Part shown: piece after piece, positions 33,523 through 45,292 of the stretch
How the letters are laid out: each line of letters opens with the position of its first letter
Position numbering within the stretch: the stretch's first letter is position 1
Assembly (NCBI RefSeq): GCF_028641065.1
Contig: NC_073387.1
Location: forward strand, 15,810,001 to 15,874,000
Origin: Leucoraja erinacea
Taxonomy: Eukaryota
Direction: 5' to 3'
Length of the DNA: 64,000 nt
Notes under the pieces: model-generated
The model's database searches: none
Seen by the model: only the letters and a program-made list of their open reading frames with translations
What the model was told of the DNA's origin: nothing
Translations under genes and position numbers: made by a program

Positions 33523-36500
33523 CCCTCCCCCTGCTAAACGTCTGATGTCCCTATCAGGCTAACCTACTGTGCACTAAACACATCTGCTTACTTGGGCTCT
33601 TTAGATGGATTCTGAACTTAACGTTAATCTTGGTTCACTAGTGTCTGTGGTCTCTGTGTCACAGCATATTTGAATAATCAGGCCTCTATAAACTATCGTC
33701 ACAGGTCTGTCAGTCGGCTGTCCAAGTTTGTCATAACTGAGGCGTAGGACAGGCTTCACAAGCCATTTGGCACAGGATGTCTGGGAGGACTCAGCAACCA
33801 CAGCTGAGGTGCTAGGGGTAGGGACGTCTCCCTCCCCCAGCTCTGTGTCCACCACAGAGTCTTGGTGTGGCTATAAGGGTTCTTCCAGATCTTCTGTTGC
33901 TACTGGCAGTTCATCCACTTGATCCTCCTCTTCAGGTGAGTCATGATCATTGGTACTGACGCTGATAGCTGTATCTATCATGACCGGACCATGTCTGTGT
34001 TCAGCCTCCAGGCCTTGGGTTTGCAGACGTAGACAGAGCTTTAGCTGGGGTAAGTAGTAATTACTCTCCTCTTCAGACTCTGAAGTCTGGTCCTCTTGAC
34101 TCACATGTTTTGGGTTTTGGGCTTGACACTTTACTTTCTGTGCTCTGGTTACTGGTTTCTTTGGTTGTGTTTTCCTCCCTGCAGGAGTAGGCAGACTTAC
34201 CAAGTAACCAATGGGAAGCAGGTGATCTCTGTGCATTGTTTTCACTATGCCTGTTCCTCTCTCTGGTTTCACACGATACACCGGAAGATTGGGCAACTGT
34301 GCTATCACCACATAGGGCAAGGGGTTCCATCTGTCCTGTAGCTTGTGTTTTCCAGTGATGCCAAGATTGCGAACCAGGACACGGTCTCCTTCTTGCAGTG
34401 TCTGATTTCTCACTCTTGCATCATAGAGTCTTTTGTTCCGTTCATGGTTTTTGGAAGCTGCTTCAGCTGCTAGCTGGTAAGCATCCCGCAACTCTTTCTT
34501 CATTTTGGCCACATATTGGTGATGCTTAAAACCATCCTCTTCCTCCCAACCAATGCCAAAACAAAGATCCACTGGTAGCCGCGCCTCTCTCCAGTACATT
34601 AAAAAGTAGGGTGAGTACCCTGTTGCATAATTTTGGGTGCTGTTATAAGCATGCACTAGCTGGCTTATGTGTTGGCTCCATTTGGGCTTTAGAGCTGGAT
34701 CAAGGGTGCCAAGCATGGACAGGAGAGTACGATTGAATCTCTCAGGTTGGGGGTCTCCCTGAGGGTGGTACGGAGAGGTTCTCGACTTGCGAATGCCCAG
34801 CATAGTCAGGAGCTCTTTGATAATTTTGCTCTCAAAGTCGCGACCCTGATCTGAGTGGATGCATGCTGGCAGTCCGTAGTGAACAAAGAACTTTTCAAAG
34901 AGGACTAGCCACGGTGAGGGCGTTTTGATCTTTCGTCGGGAATGCCTGAGCATACCTTGTGTAATGATCTGTGATGACCAGCACATTGGCAATGCCTTTG
35001 GAGTCGGGCTCAATAGAAAGGAAATCTATGCAGACCAAGTCCAACGGTCCATTACTCGTGATCTGTTGCATAGGGGCAGCTCGGTGTGGAAGGGACTTCT
35101 GGGCCACACATCTCCCACAGTTCTGGATGTAGGTTGCAATCTCAGAGGCCATTTTGGGCCAGTAAAATCAGTTTCTGACAAGCTCTGTGGTTCTTTCAAT
35201 GCCGAGATGACCAATGTCGTTGTGCATGGACTTCAGAACCATTGATTTGTACTGAGCAGGTAAGATAAGCTGACTCACCTCTCTTCCAGAGGGTCTTTTA
35301 ATGACTCTGCACAGGAGGTCACACTTTATCCGAAGCTTGGAACTTTCTCGCTGCAGCAAGGCGACATCAGCATTTGGATGTTTAGGAGCTGGGTCACATT
35401 TGCCTAGCTTCACTTGAGACATTACCACACTGATGACAGAGTCTAATCTCTGGGCCTCTATCAGTTCTTTACTGCTCAACTGCTCAAGCTCATTTCCCTC
35501 CACTTGAGTGAGGTAGGAATAAACAGCAGGAATAGCATCGGGGGAAGCACCTAGTTGGTCGACACATCTAGTGGTCCTTCGCCGAGACCACATGCAGCGA
35601 TTCTTCGGCAGAGTCTTTCGGCAGAGTTCTTTCATCCCAGAAGTAGGAACATCCACCCATCCATCCTCTGTCTCCTGATGATTTCTGGAAAGCAAGTCCG
35701 CATCAATGTTTTCACGACCAGGCTTATACTGAACGTTGAAGTCATAGGTGGAGAGGGCAGCTAACCACCTGTGGCTTGTGGCGTTAAGCCTGGCAGTGGT
35801 TAACACATACGTGAGCGGATTATTATCCGTTCTCACAGTGAATTTGGTGCCATACAAATAATCATGGAACTTATCGACTACCACCCACTTCAAAGCTAGA
35901 AATTCTAGCTGGTGGATGGGATAGTACTGCTCTGACTGGCTGAGCTTGCGACTGGCGAAAGCAACTGGATGGAGCCCTTCAGGATGCTCTTGATTCAATT
36001 CAGCTCCCAGGCCATTCAGGCTTGCGTCTACATGCAATATGTAGGATCTTGTCAGGTCCGCGAAAGCCAACACAGGAGCATGCGTGAGCTTGTGGATGAT
36101 GGTGTAAAAGGCGTCACCACAAGCTGAGGCCCAACGATCACTGAACGGCTCTGAGATTTTAAAGTAGTCTTTCTTGTCCTTGAAGGTGGCTTTGTTTTTG
36201 CGTTGAGCTGGAGGGTACCCTTTAGTTAGGTCTGTGAGAGGGCGGACAGTGGCAGAATAGTTCTCAATGAACCGCCGATAGTACCCACAAAATCCTAGAA
36301 ACGACCTCAGGGACTTTAGGTCAATGGGTTTCTTCCAATTGGTGACGGCACAAACTTTCTCCCTGTCAGTTGCGACGCTGGCGGCAGAGACAATGTGCCC
36401 CAGAAATTTCACTTTTGGTAGACAGAATTGGCATTTGTCAATGGAGATCTTGAGTCCACATTCCTCCAGCCGATCCAAAACTTTGAGAAGACATTCTTCG

Positions 36501-39500
36501 TGTTCCTCTAGTGTTTTTCCAAACACTATGATATCATCAAGACACACAAGAACTTGGATCAGGTTCATGTCTCCTACAGCCTTCTCCATCAATCTTTGAA
36601 AGGTTGCAGGAGCACCTGTGATGCCTTGTGGCACCCGCTCAAACTGGAAAAAACCAAGAGGGCAAATAAAGGCTGTCTTTTCTTTGTCTGCCTCAGACAT
36701 TTCCACTTGGTAATATCCGCTTCTCAAATCCAGCAGAGAACCATTTACTGCCAGTCAGACAATCAAGTGTATCATCTATGCGCGGCATGGTGTACTGGTC
36801 TGGGATGGTTCTGGAGTTCAGCAGACGATAGTCAATGCACATTCTCACTTTGCCATTCCTCTTCCTCACTATGACAATGGGAGAGGCATACGGACTTCGG
36901 GATTCTTTGATTATTCCGGCTGCCAGCAGTTCTTGGAGATGGCGCCGAACATCCTCAAAGTCTGCAGGTGCGATTCTGCGGGATCTCTCTCTGAATGGTC
37001 TAGAGTCTCTGAGTCTGATGTGGTGTGTCACACCTCTTGCAAGACACACATCCCATTCCTCCAATGAGAATACATCAGCTCTCTCTGACAACATGTTGGC
37101 TAACCTAGCTCTCCATGCTTCGGGAATGGGTGAATCCCCAAAATTGAAGAGCTCAGGATCAATTGACGTTGTTTTCGGAGACTTCTTTGGCTCAATGACA
37201 GAGTCAACCAGGTACACTTGGGCTAGCACTGTACCCGCAGGAAGAGCAGTTTCTTTTTGAGATTCATTTCTCAGCATGAGTGTGAAGCCATTGGTATCCA
37301 TAGCTGAGGGTGGCAGGACTACTGGCGGAACCAGCAGACCAGCAGGAAGGTTGGTACTTTCGTCAGCCTCCACCATTAGGATGCTTTTATCCATAGGTTG
37401 CTGCTTCTCCACTTCACAGACAGCATAGTGTGCTCCTCCAGGTGGGATTCTTAGACTCCCAGGGCCCTGCAATTTCACTTGGCCGACCACATCCATTTGT
37501 CGATTACAAGGTGATTGGGATTGTTCAGAATGAACAGTGTTTATTCTCAGAGAGGGAACCTCGTTGTTGCCTTTGAGTTCCTCACATTGGTACAGCAGGG
37601 AGCGCAGTTTTGTTGTATTACTGCTAATGACAACAGGAACTGGGTCAGGACTTGGCGGATCAGGGCATATTAGAGCCACCATGGGAACTATTTCTTCAAC
37701 TCCCTTGGAATTACAAGGCAGTCCCAGCTCAACTGCCACATAGCCTGTATATGGATAGCTAGTGTCACTCAGTCCCCATATGGCAAGGTCTTTGAGTGGG
37801 TGAATGGGCACCTTGGGAAGGAATCTGGTGTGCCAACTCTCAAAGATGATAGCCGCTGTCTAAAATGGCTCTACAGGGTTGACCATCAATTTTCACACCA
37901 GCCATCATGGATGGGGCAACCAGTCCTTGTGGCAGGTTACGAGGCTGCTGTGTGTAGACTGGACCAACCTGCTTGGACTCAGCAAACCTTATGTGTGATG
38001 CTTTATCTTCCTTACTTTTGCGCAGAGCACCGAGTAACTTTTGGATTACTTTTGGGCTGTTTTCTGGGGCTGTGCAGTGTGTGGCAATATGACCATTTTC
38101 TCCGCATCTGTAACAGAAGAAGCTCTCTGAGTCTTTGGCATTATGTGGTTTAGCTGCTGGGTTGGGTCTGGCCTTCCCATCCCTCTTTTTAGGGTCTGCA
38201 GTCAGAGGACTGTGAGATACAGACATCACAGTTAGCTGATGTTGTAGCTGCAGCACCTGTTGCCTCAACATTTGAGCTTTGTTTTCTTTTTCTGTGTCTA
38301 TAGTTTTCTTGGTGGGTTTGAATTTTGGCTCAATGTGTGTGTCTTGCTGCTTTTCCCTTAGCTCACCAAGCTCTGCACAAAGCTCTTGAATCTCTGCCTT
38401 CAACTTTTGGTCTTCTGTAGCTTTGGTATTGGCTTGGTCTCTGACTTGTACTTGTCTTACTGTTGTAGTTAATTTTCATCGAGCTGTCTCATATTCCTCC
38501 TCTTCACGAATCTCATTTAGGAGCTTTAAGAAGGTAGGAGGTCTCTCTCTTCTTTCTCTCAATCTCAGCTGTAACAGCATCATATCAGAGTCAGTAGCAC
38601 CTCTAATGAGTTGGTGAATTCGAGCATGATCGGCTCTGTGGCTGAGAAGACCTCTTTTCTGCACTACTTTGATCAACGAGCGTTCCAACCTCCTTAAAAA
38701 GTCAGAGTGCTTTTCACCAGACTGTTGGTGAAGGCTCCTGAAGGCAAAATATAAGCCTTGTCCTGACACAGGCGTGCCAAAGGCACTTTCCAAGGCCTTT
38801 AAATAACAGTCAGGGCTAGCATCTGGGTCGTTTAGCCGTACAGCCTGAATTATTTCCAGGGCCGGCCCATTTAAGCTCTCGACTATTCTCTTTCGTTTCT
38901 CATGTTCAGAGCAGTCACATTCTTCAATCATTAGATTGGCTTGTTCGAGCCAATGGTCAAGGCTCTCCTCTCCTGGCGGTGTGGGAAGGTTTCCAGAGAA
39001 CATCCGCAGATGTCGAAATGCATTGTTCTCACTGGTAGGTCTCATCGTTTTTCCCAACAGGTCTCCCACTGCTCGGATGATGGACTCTGGGGAGCTTCCT
39101 TGTGGAGTCTCTGTAGTCAGCATGGCGTGAACATCATTTACTGATTTTCCTTCATCAGTCATTAGTTTGTTTAGCTTAGCTAAAAAATCTTCAGCTGGGC
39201 TCACAGGTTCATTGAAGAGGAAATGTTTCCATTCTGAGCCTCCCTTCACTGGCTGCAGTTGGGGGGGAATGCAATCTGGCATTCACAGAGTACCAGGTTG
39301 CTGCCAGTCTGAATGTCACTTTGGACGTCCCGTACCTTTGGGCGTCCTGTACCTTTACTCTCCCAAGTGCCTTTACTGTCTGAACAGTCTCTTCAATGTC
39401 TGCTTGCGCAGTATTAGTCGGCACGTCAAACAGGACAAAAGCAAGGTTTGGGTCTAAGCATGCTACACTACACCAGCGATGAAGCTTAGCTGCTAACTGT

Positions 39501-39637
39501 GAGTCTGCTTGAGTAGCCATTATACTACAACTGCTATAGGCACTTTAATACAAAAGTCGGGAAACAAAAACACTTCTTAAAGGCAAAAACTAACAGTAAA
39601 TGAAATGGGAATTAATCCCAGTGGTGCCTCCATTTTG

Positions 39638-40533
39638 TGTAACGCTTCTTTGCCCTCTACGAGCTGCGCCCCAGGTTCATAAACTTTAATTCCCTTATAG
39701 GTGTTAGTTAACCCTTAATTTAAGTATTTATGCACGCTTTTAATTTGGACAATAGGGTACCTTTAATTTCAATATTAAATGGTATACCTTACTTTAGAAA
39801 CAGTTAAAATAAATCAACTGACAACTATGTTCCAATGAATTACCTTCACGTTTATTTCTATTAATTAAAATAAATGATATGTTGGTCAGGGAAATACAAA
39901 ATAAAATATCAATATAGTATTTTACTGGTGTTTCTCACACAGATATTTAAACAACACCACTCAAGAAATCAATCTTTTATAGTACCTTTAAGTATTAATT
40001 ACTATGTGGGCCCACACATTCACTCACACAAGGCGGCAACATTAAAAACAAAACAAGAATAACCCCACGTTGCAGGCCTGGTCGAAGCTGGAGAGCGCCG
40101 CGGCCTAATACAGTTGAAGCCGCAAAGTGCAAAGTGCAGAAGCTCACAAGATGGCGGGGAGTTGGCTGACCAGAGAGGACCCCATGTGGCAGAAATCTTC
40201 CTTGTCCCTCGTTGTCTCCAGGGCTCAGCTAACCCGCTGCTCTCACTCTCCCCGTAATCACAAAGTCCAAACAGCGACAGTCTTTAATCCACACCTGCGA
40301 GCTGAAGGGGTAGCAGTTAGCCTAGGCTTCTTCTGTCTTCTTCTGGACTTCTTCTCTCTCTCTCTTGGATTTCGATTACCCACAATCCCCAGTTCCCGCC
40401 CCCAAACCAATCACCACACAGGAAAAATGATCTAACTCATTAACAACAAATCAAATGTAGAACACATATTCACAGCAACACTTATATAAATCTCTTAATA
40501 AGAAAAACGAATATGAAGTTACACAGGGCTACA
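39638..40533 (-). repeat. 5' LTR
   Basis: Followed on the minus strand by CAAAA and the PBS (~39614-39632). Confidence 0.95.
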
Positions 40534-41256
40534 TAGAATAGATAAGGGAGAAGATGTGGAGGCCCAAGAGTTTGCAGATGCTGGAAACACGAGCAAAGAG
40601 CAAACTGCTGGAGGGAATTTGTGGATCAGGAATCATCTGTGGAAGTAAATGGACAAATGACCATTCGCAACTGAAGAAGGGTCACGATACACAGGGACAT
40701 CTGCACGTTTTCCTCGACAGACCTGCCCTGATCCAGGGATATTTAATCACACGAGAGGAGTGAGTGGGAGGGGGCTGGAGGTGGGGATAGGGGTTTGAGG
40801 TGGGGCAGTGGATGAGCTCCACCCGGTTTTGAAGGAACTTTGCAGGAGATTGAAGTGAAGACATTGCGCGTGGTTATCGGGCTGTGACTGGATCGATGTC
40901 GAGGGCAGTTCCACCAGCCTGCACTGTGGTGGGAAGGTGTTGGGGAGGATGGTGTGGACAACTGTGTCAAAGGCTGCAGAGGCTGAGCGGGATGGGGAGG
41001 GAGAGTTTAACTCTGTAACAAGCTCACAGGAGGCAATTTCTGACATGATAAGGACCGTGTCAGTGCAGGAGAAAGAGAGGGAGCTGATGGGAGGGGCTCA
41101 GAAATGGAGCTCCAGCAAGGAATGGCGTGGATTTGTGAGGCAGCAGCATATTCAGGGACATGGAGAATAAAGCGAGATTGACAATGGGGTGCGGGTTTAC
41201 ACGGACAATGATAACGTAATGCAACGTTATTGTGACCGGTGAAGAGAAAGCACTTA

Positions 41257-41353
41257 CTCTGTGTGGAAACGGGTCGAAGCAGGAAAACAAAGAAACCGAA
41301 CATCAAACCAATTGGCAAACTGCCGCAGAGAAACCTCGGCCTCATTTTGTGCA
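41257..41353 (-). other. Orphan duplicate leader exon encoding the same signal peptide as 26209-26305 (ends approximate to a few nt)
   Basis: MHKMRPRFLCGSLPIGLMFGFFVFLLRPVSTQ|gtaagt is intact; no Ig exons follow before the Gypsy element. Confidence 0.8.
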
Positions 41354-42627
41354 TTCTCTGTTTGGAAATAACGTGCAGTTTTAGACAAAGATCAGTAAAT
41401 TGGTAGTTGGCAAATGTTGTATTGAGTACAGCCAATTTGAAACTCCTGACCCTGGGTCACTTTAGAATTGGCCGCACACAATTACACGGGGAAATATCAT
41501 TAGCTCGGTGGACTATGTAGCTAGAATATTGTCACTTCTGTAATCTGGGATTTCACGACTATATTCAACCCTATCGGTTTGCCTTTTCCGAAATCACTCA
41601 TCTGAACTCCACCTTTAAATTTTTGATCCAATTACTTACGACGACTTGATAAATGGTATCAACTAAATTAGACCTCGCTATTGAATCACTGAACAGAGGC
41701 AACAGAATGGAGGGGAAATTAAATATTCTCAGAAGGTCCCAGGAAGTTGTCGGCAAAGCGGGAAAAAATATTCAATTTAGATTGACTAGGAAACCAGTTG
41801 GAAAATGGCATATGCAGGACATTTAGCTGTGAGAAACACCCTCCATTCAGTTACTGGGGAAATAAAGGTGACAAAACGAAATTAATAAAGTTTGTATGCC
41901 CGTGTAAAATCTAAAGTGGAACAATCTGATTTAACAAGTGATAAATCAGTTTACAGGACATCCAACATTGTTCAGTTTCTGGATACTTTTTAAACCACGG
42001 TTTGCCTTGACTGAAACAACTCTTCTGTACACCGACATTTTAATTCTTGACCCACTTCCTTCCTGCTTCTCAGTAGAGTGGTTTTAACTCATTTGTACCT
42101 CACTAGTCAGTCAATCAATTGAGCAGGTAATAGAACGACGAGGACGTTGAACATCCTCAAACAGTCCCGGAGGATTGCCGGAGAAATGGGAAAAATAAAA
42201 TCCACATTGGCATGGATACATTAGATTGACCAGGCAACACATTGGAAAGCCCAAAGGGGTAAAATGGTAGATGCTGCTAATTTAGCTTCATTAAGTTTCT
42301 AGTGGAAACAATGGAGACACAAATACATTGATAACGTTTCGTGTTGGAAGGAACTTCAGATGCTGCTTTATACCGGATATGGCACAAAAGTAACTCGGCG
42401 GGACAGGCAGCATCTCTTGGAAGAAGGAATGGGTGACGTTTCGGGTCGATGAAGTCTGGGTCTGAAGAAGGGTCTCGACCCAAAACCTCATCCATTCTTT
42501 CTCTCCAGAGTTGCTGACAGTCCCGCTGAGTTACTCCAGCATTTTGTATCTCTCTTCATTATTAATTAAGTTTCTATGTCCTTGTAAAATCTAAAGCAGA
42601 ACACACTGTAACAGTCTAATAAATGGC

Positions 42628-43266
42628 TACAAATTCCTCGGGGTACACATCTCGGAGGATCTGTCCTGGTCCCACAACACCTCCAAGCTGATCAAAAAGG
42701 CGCAGCAGCGCCTTTACTTCCTGAGGAGGCTCAAGAAAGCTCACCTGTCCCCCCAGATCTTGACCAAATTTTACCGTTGTACCATCGAAAGCATCCTGAC
42801 CACCTGCTTCACGGTATGGTACTGCAGTTGCACTGTAGCGGACAGGAAGGCACTACAACGGGTGGTGAAAACCGCGCAGTACATCATCGGTGCCCCGCTC
42901 CCTGTCATGGATGCCCTACACTGAAAACGGTATCTGAGACGAGCCGTGAAGATCATTAAAGACCCCTCCCACCCCAACCATGGACTGTTTGCCCTCCTCC
43001 CATCAGGGAGGCGGTACAGGAGCCTCAGGTCTCATACTAGTAGGATGAGGAACAGCTTCTACAATAATACCATCACATTGCTGAACTCGGAGTCCCGCCG
43101 ATAGATTTCTCCAGTCCCTCCGTCCACATTGTTTGATTATTCTGTATTTTATTTCTATATTGCACTACTACTATGGACTGACGCTAAATTGCATTTCGTT
43201 CTGCCCATACTTGTATTTGTGCAATTACTTTAAAGTTGAATTGAATTGAATTGAATTGAATTGAAT
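42628..43266 (+). mobile_element. Rex1/Babar LINE 3' fragment
   Basis: KFLGVHISEDLSWSHNTSKLIKKAQQRLYFLRRL..FYRCTIESIL; (TTGAA)n tail; absent from the paralogous site at ~28067. Confidence 0.9.
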
Positions 43267-43774
43267 AGGGGTGACATATCACACGTTGGAAATTATTTAA
43301 CACTGAGTTCAGTTTCTATATCCCATTCAAACCATTCCTTTACCTGAAGTGAACCTGTAGTAAGGTCACCTACCTTGTGGGAAAAGACTGGTGAACGAGT
43401 CCAGAGACTGGGCAGCAAAGCTCCAAGCACGGCGACACACTGAATTACCCAGTCTCGCATTGCACAATAACTAACGCTGTGTCTTATGAAACTAAAGGAC
43501 CTTCCTCTTCCTCTCTTGCTCAGGGTTCAGACATCACTTCTGTTGAAAGCATTTGCGTCAGTGTAAAAACCATCTTATAAAACCTTATTTTGGCAAAGTA
43601 AAATTGAATTTACTGAGCTCAAACATGGATTGGATGCGTTGAGGCATGGAACCTCATTTTTCTAAAGGTTATTGGAAGATAAGAAATGTCAAAGGCAATG
43701 GGAAATGAGAGAATCTATTGTTTTGTAATGATCAGTATGTGTCTCTTTTTTTTGCATCTTTAGTGAGGTTCTGA

Positions 43775-44090
43775 TTTAGTTTGGTTTTGAGATAGAGCAT
43801 GGAAACAGGCCCTTCAACCCTCCGTCCACGCCGACCACTGATCCCCTGTAGCACGCAAGTTCTGTTATCTCACTTACCCGTCCACTCCCTACACACTCCA
43901 GGTACTTTATGGAGGTCAAGTAATTTACAACCCCGCTCATTCGTGGGATGTGGTAGGAAACCAGAGCACCAGAATGAAATCCACATGGCCACAGGGAACG
44001 TGCTATCTCCACCCACAGAGCACCTGAGGTCAGGATTGAACCCTGGTCTCCGGCACTGTGTGAGGCAGCAGCTTTGACATCTGTGCCACT
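43775..44090 (-). mobile_element. HE1/V-SINE-type SINE
   Basis: Same position within the duplication as the 28555 and 585 copies. Confidence 0.8.
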
Positions 44091-45292
44091 ATGTTTTGGG
44101 TGGTTTGGCAATTTACAACAATGTGAGTTTTGGATTGAGGAGAACACAAACAAGCAGATGTGATTATAAAATGCTGTATTATTCTGTTATTCCAAATATT
44201 GAGTGTAATTATCACATGAGTTTCACACAAGGTAAACCACCAGCCACCATCCTCATGGTCATGCAATTTCTTCTGCAATTTTCAGTGTTCTCCAAATAAA
44301 ACCAAATCAAAATTTGCACCAAGACATTCACAACCTCTGAGAATAAATCGTGTCCATTCCAGTTCGATTCAGTTTAGTTCAGTGTCACGTTTCTGAGGTA
44401 AAGAGAAAAGCTTTTGCTGAGTGCTAACCAGCCTGGGGAAAGACAAGTATCATTAATGCTATTCACAACTGAAGTTAGAATTGTTTCTTGTAACACATGT
44501 TCAAGCGAATGACTGTGTGATGCTTGAAATATCTATGATAATGGCACAAACAGAATCGCTTGTTTTGTAATTAAGCGAACGGTCAACATTCTTGCCTGTT
44601 CGTGCTGTAGCTGGTCCGATAGTTCAAACCTATATTCAATTACATCAGATCATGGTGGAGGTTGGACTTAGGAGGTCACAAATGAGCTGCATGTGATAAT
44701 CAAGCTATTACAATTTTGCAAAGTAAGTCCAATATTGAGAGCAATTTTCTCCTGAGTTCTCAATTTCACTCAAGGTAGAACCTTCATCAAACATTTTCAC
44801 AATCATAAGTTTTTCCCTATGTCATTTGGTGTTCTCCAAGCCTAACATCACAGAGTTGCATCAAGATCTTCACAGCCTAGAGATATAGACACGAGAGATA
44901 CATTGTCTTCCAGGTGTACACTGGCCCTATCCCCAAACTCTATCCCCATTACATTGATGACAGCATCGGTGCTGGAAAATATATCCACAATATGCAAGCA
45001 CAATCCATACCCAGAATTGCTTGGTCAAGTTAGCGGAGTGGCATAAATTGATCCAGTTAGTCACCATCATAACTTGGAAACACATTGCTGGTCCGTCGTT
45101 ATTTGTGGAGCCTACTCCTATAATTTACATTATTTACTAAACACCTCAGTGTTAAAATAAGGATGTTCACATCCTCATGAGTTAAAAATGGAAGCCTGAG
45201 CACTGAGGCCCACATCCAAAAACATTGATTTATAAGCAAAAATTCTGGAGGGAATCACAAAGTGCAGCTCATCATCAGCTCAGGGGTTAGTG

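Larger units (their letters stand above)
32630..40533 (-). mobile_element. Gypsy LTR retrotransposon with PNMA-like gag; structurally complete but coding-defective
   Basis: LTRs 39638-40533 and 32630-33522 (TG..CA); PBS TGGAGGCACCACTGGGATT; PPT AGCAGGGGGAGGG; gag LRMFSG..PGEESLDHWLEQA; CCHC CYRCGENGHIATHC; PR ILDSG; RT CLDD; RNase H DAS; integrase IHSDQG. Several frameshifts and stops. Confidence 0.97.

Noticed and set aside
43236-43266. (TTGAA)n arrays as CRISPR or satellite
   Set aside because: These are 3' tails of Rex1-type LINEs; eukaryotic context and no spacers.
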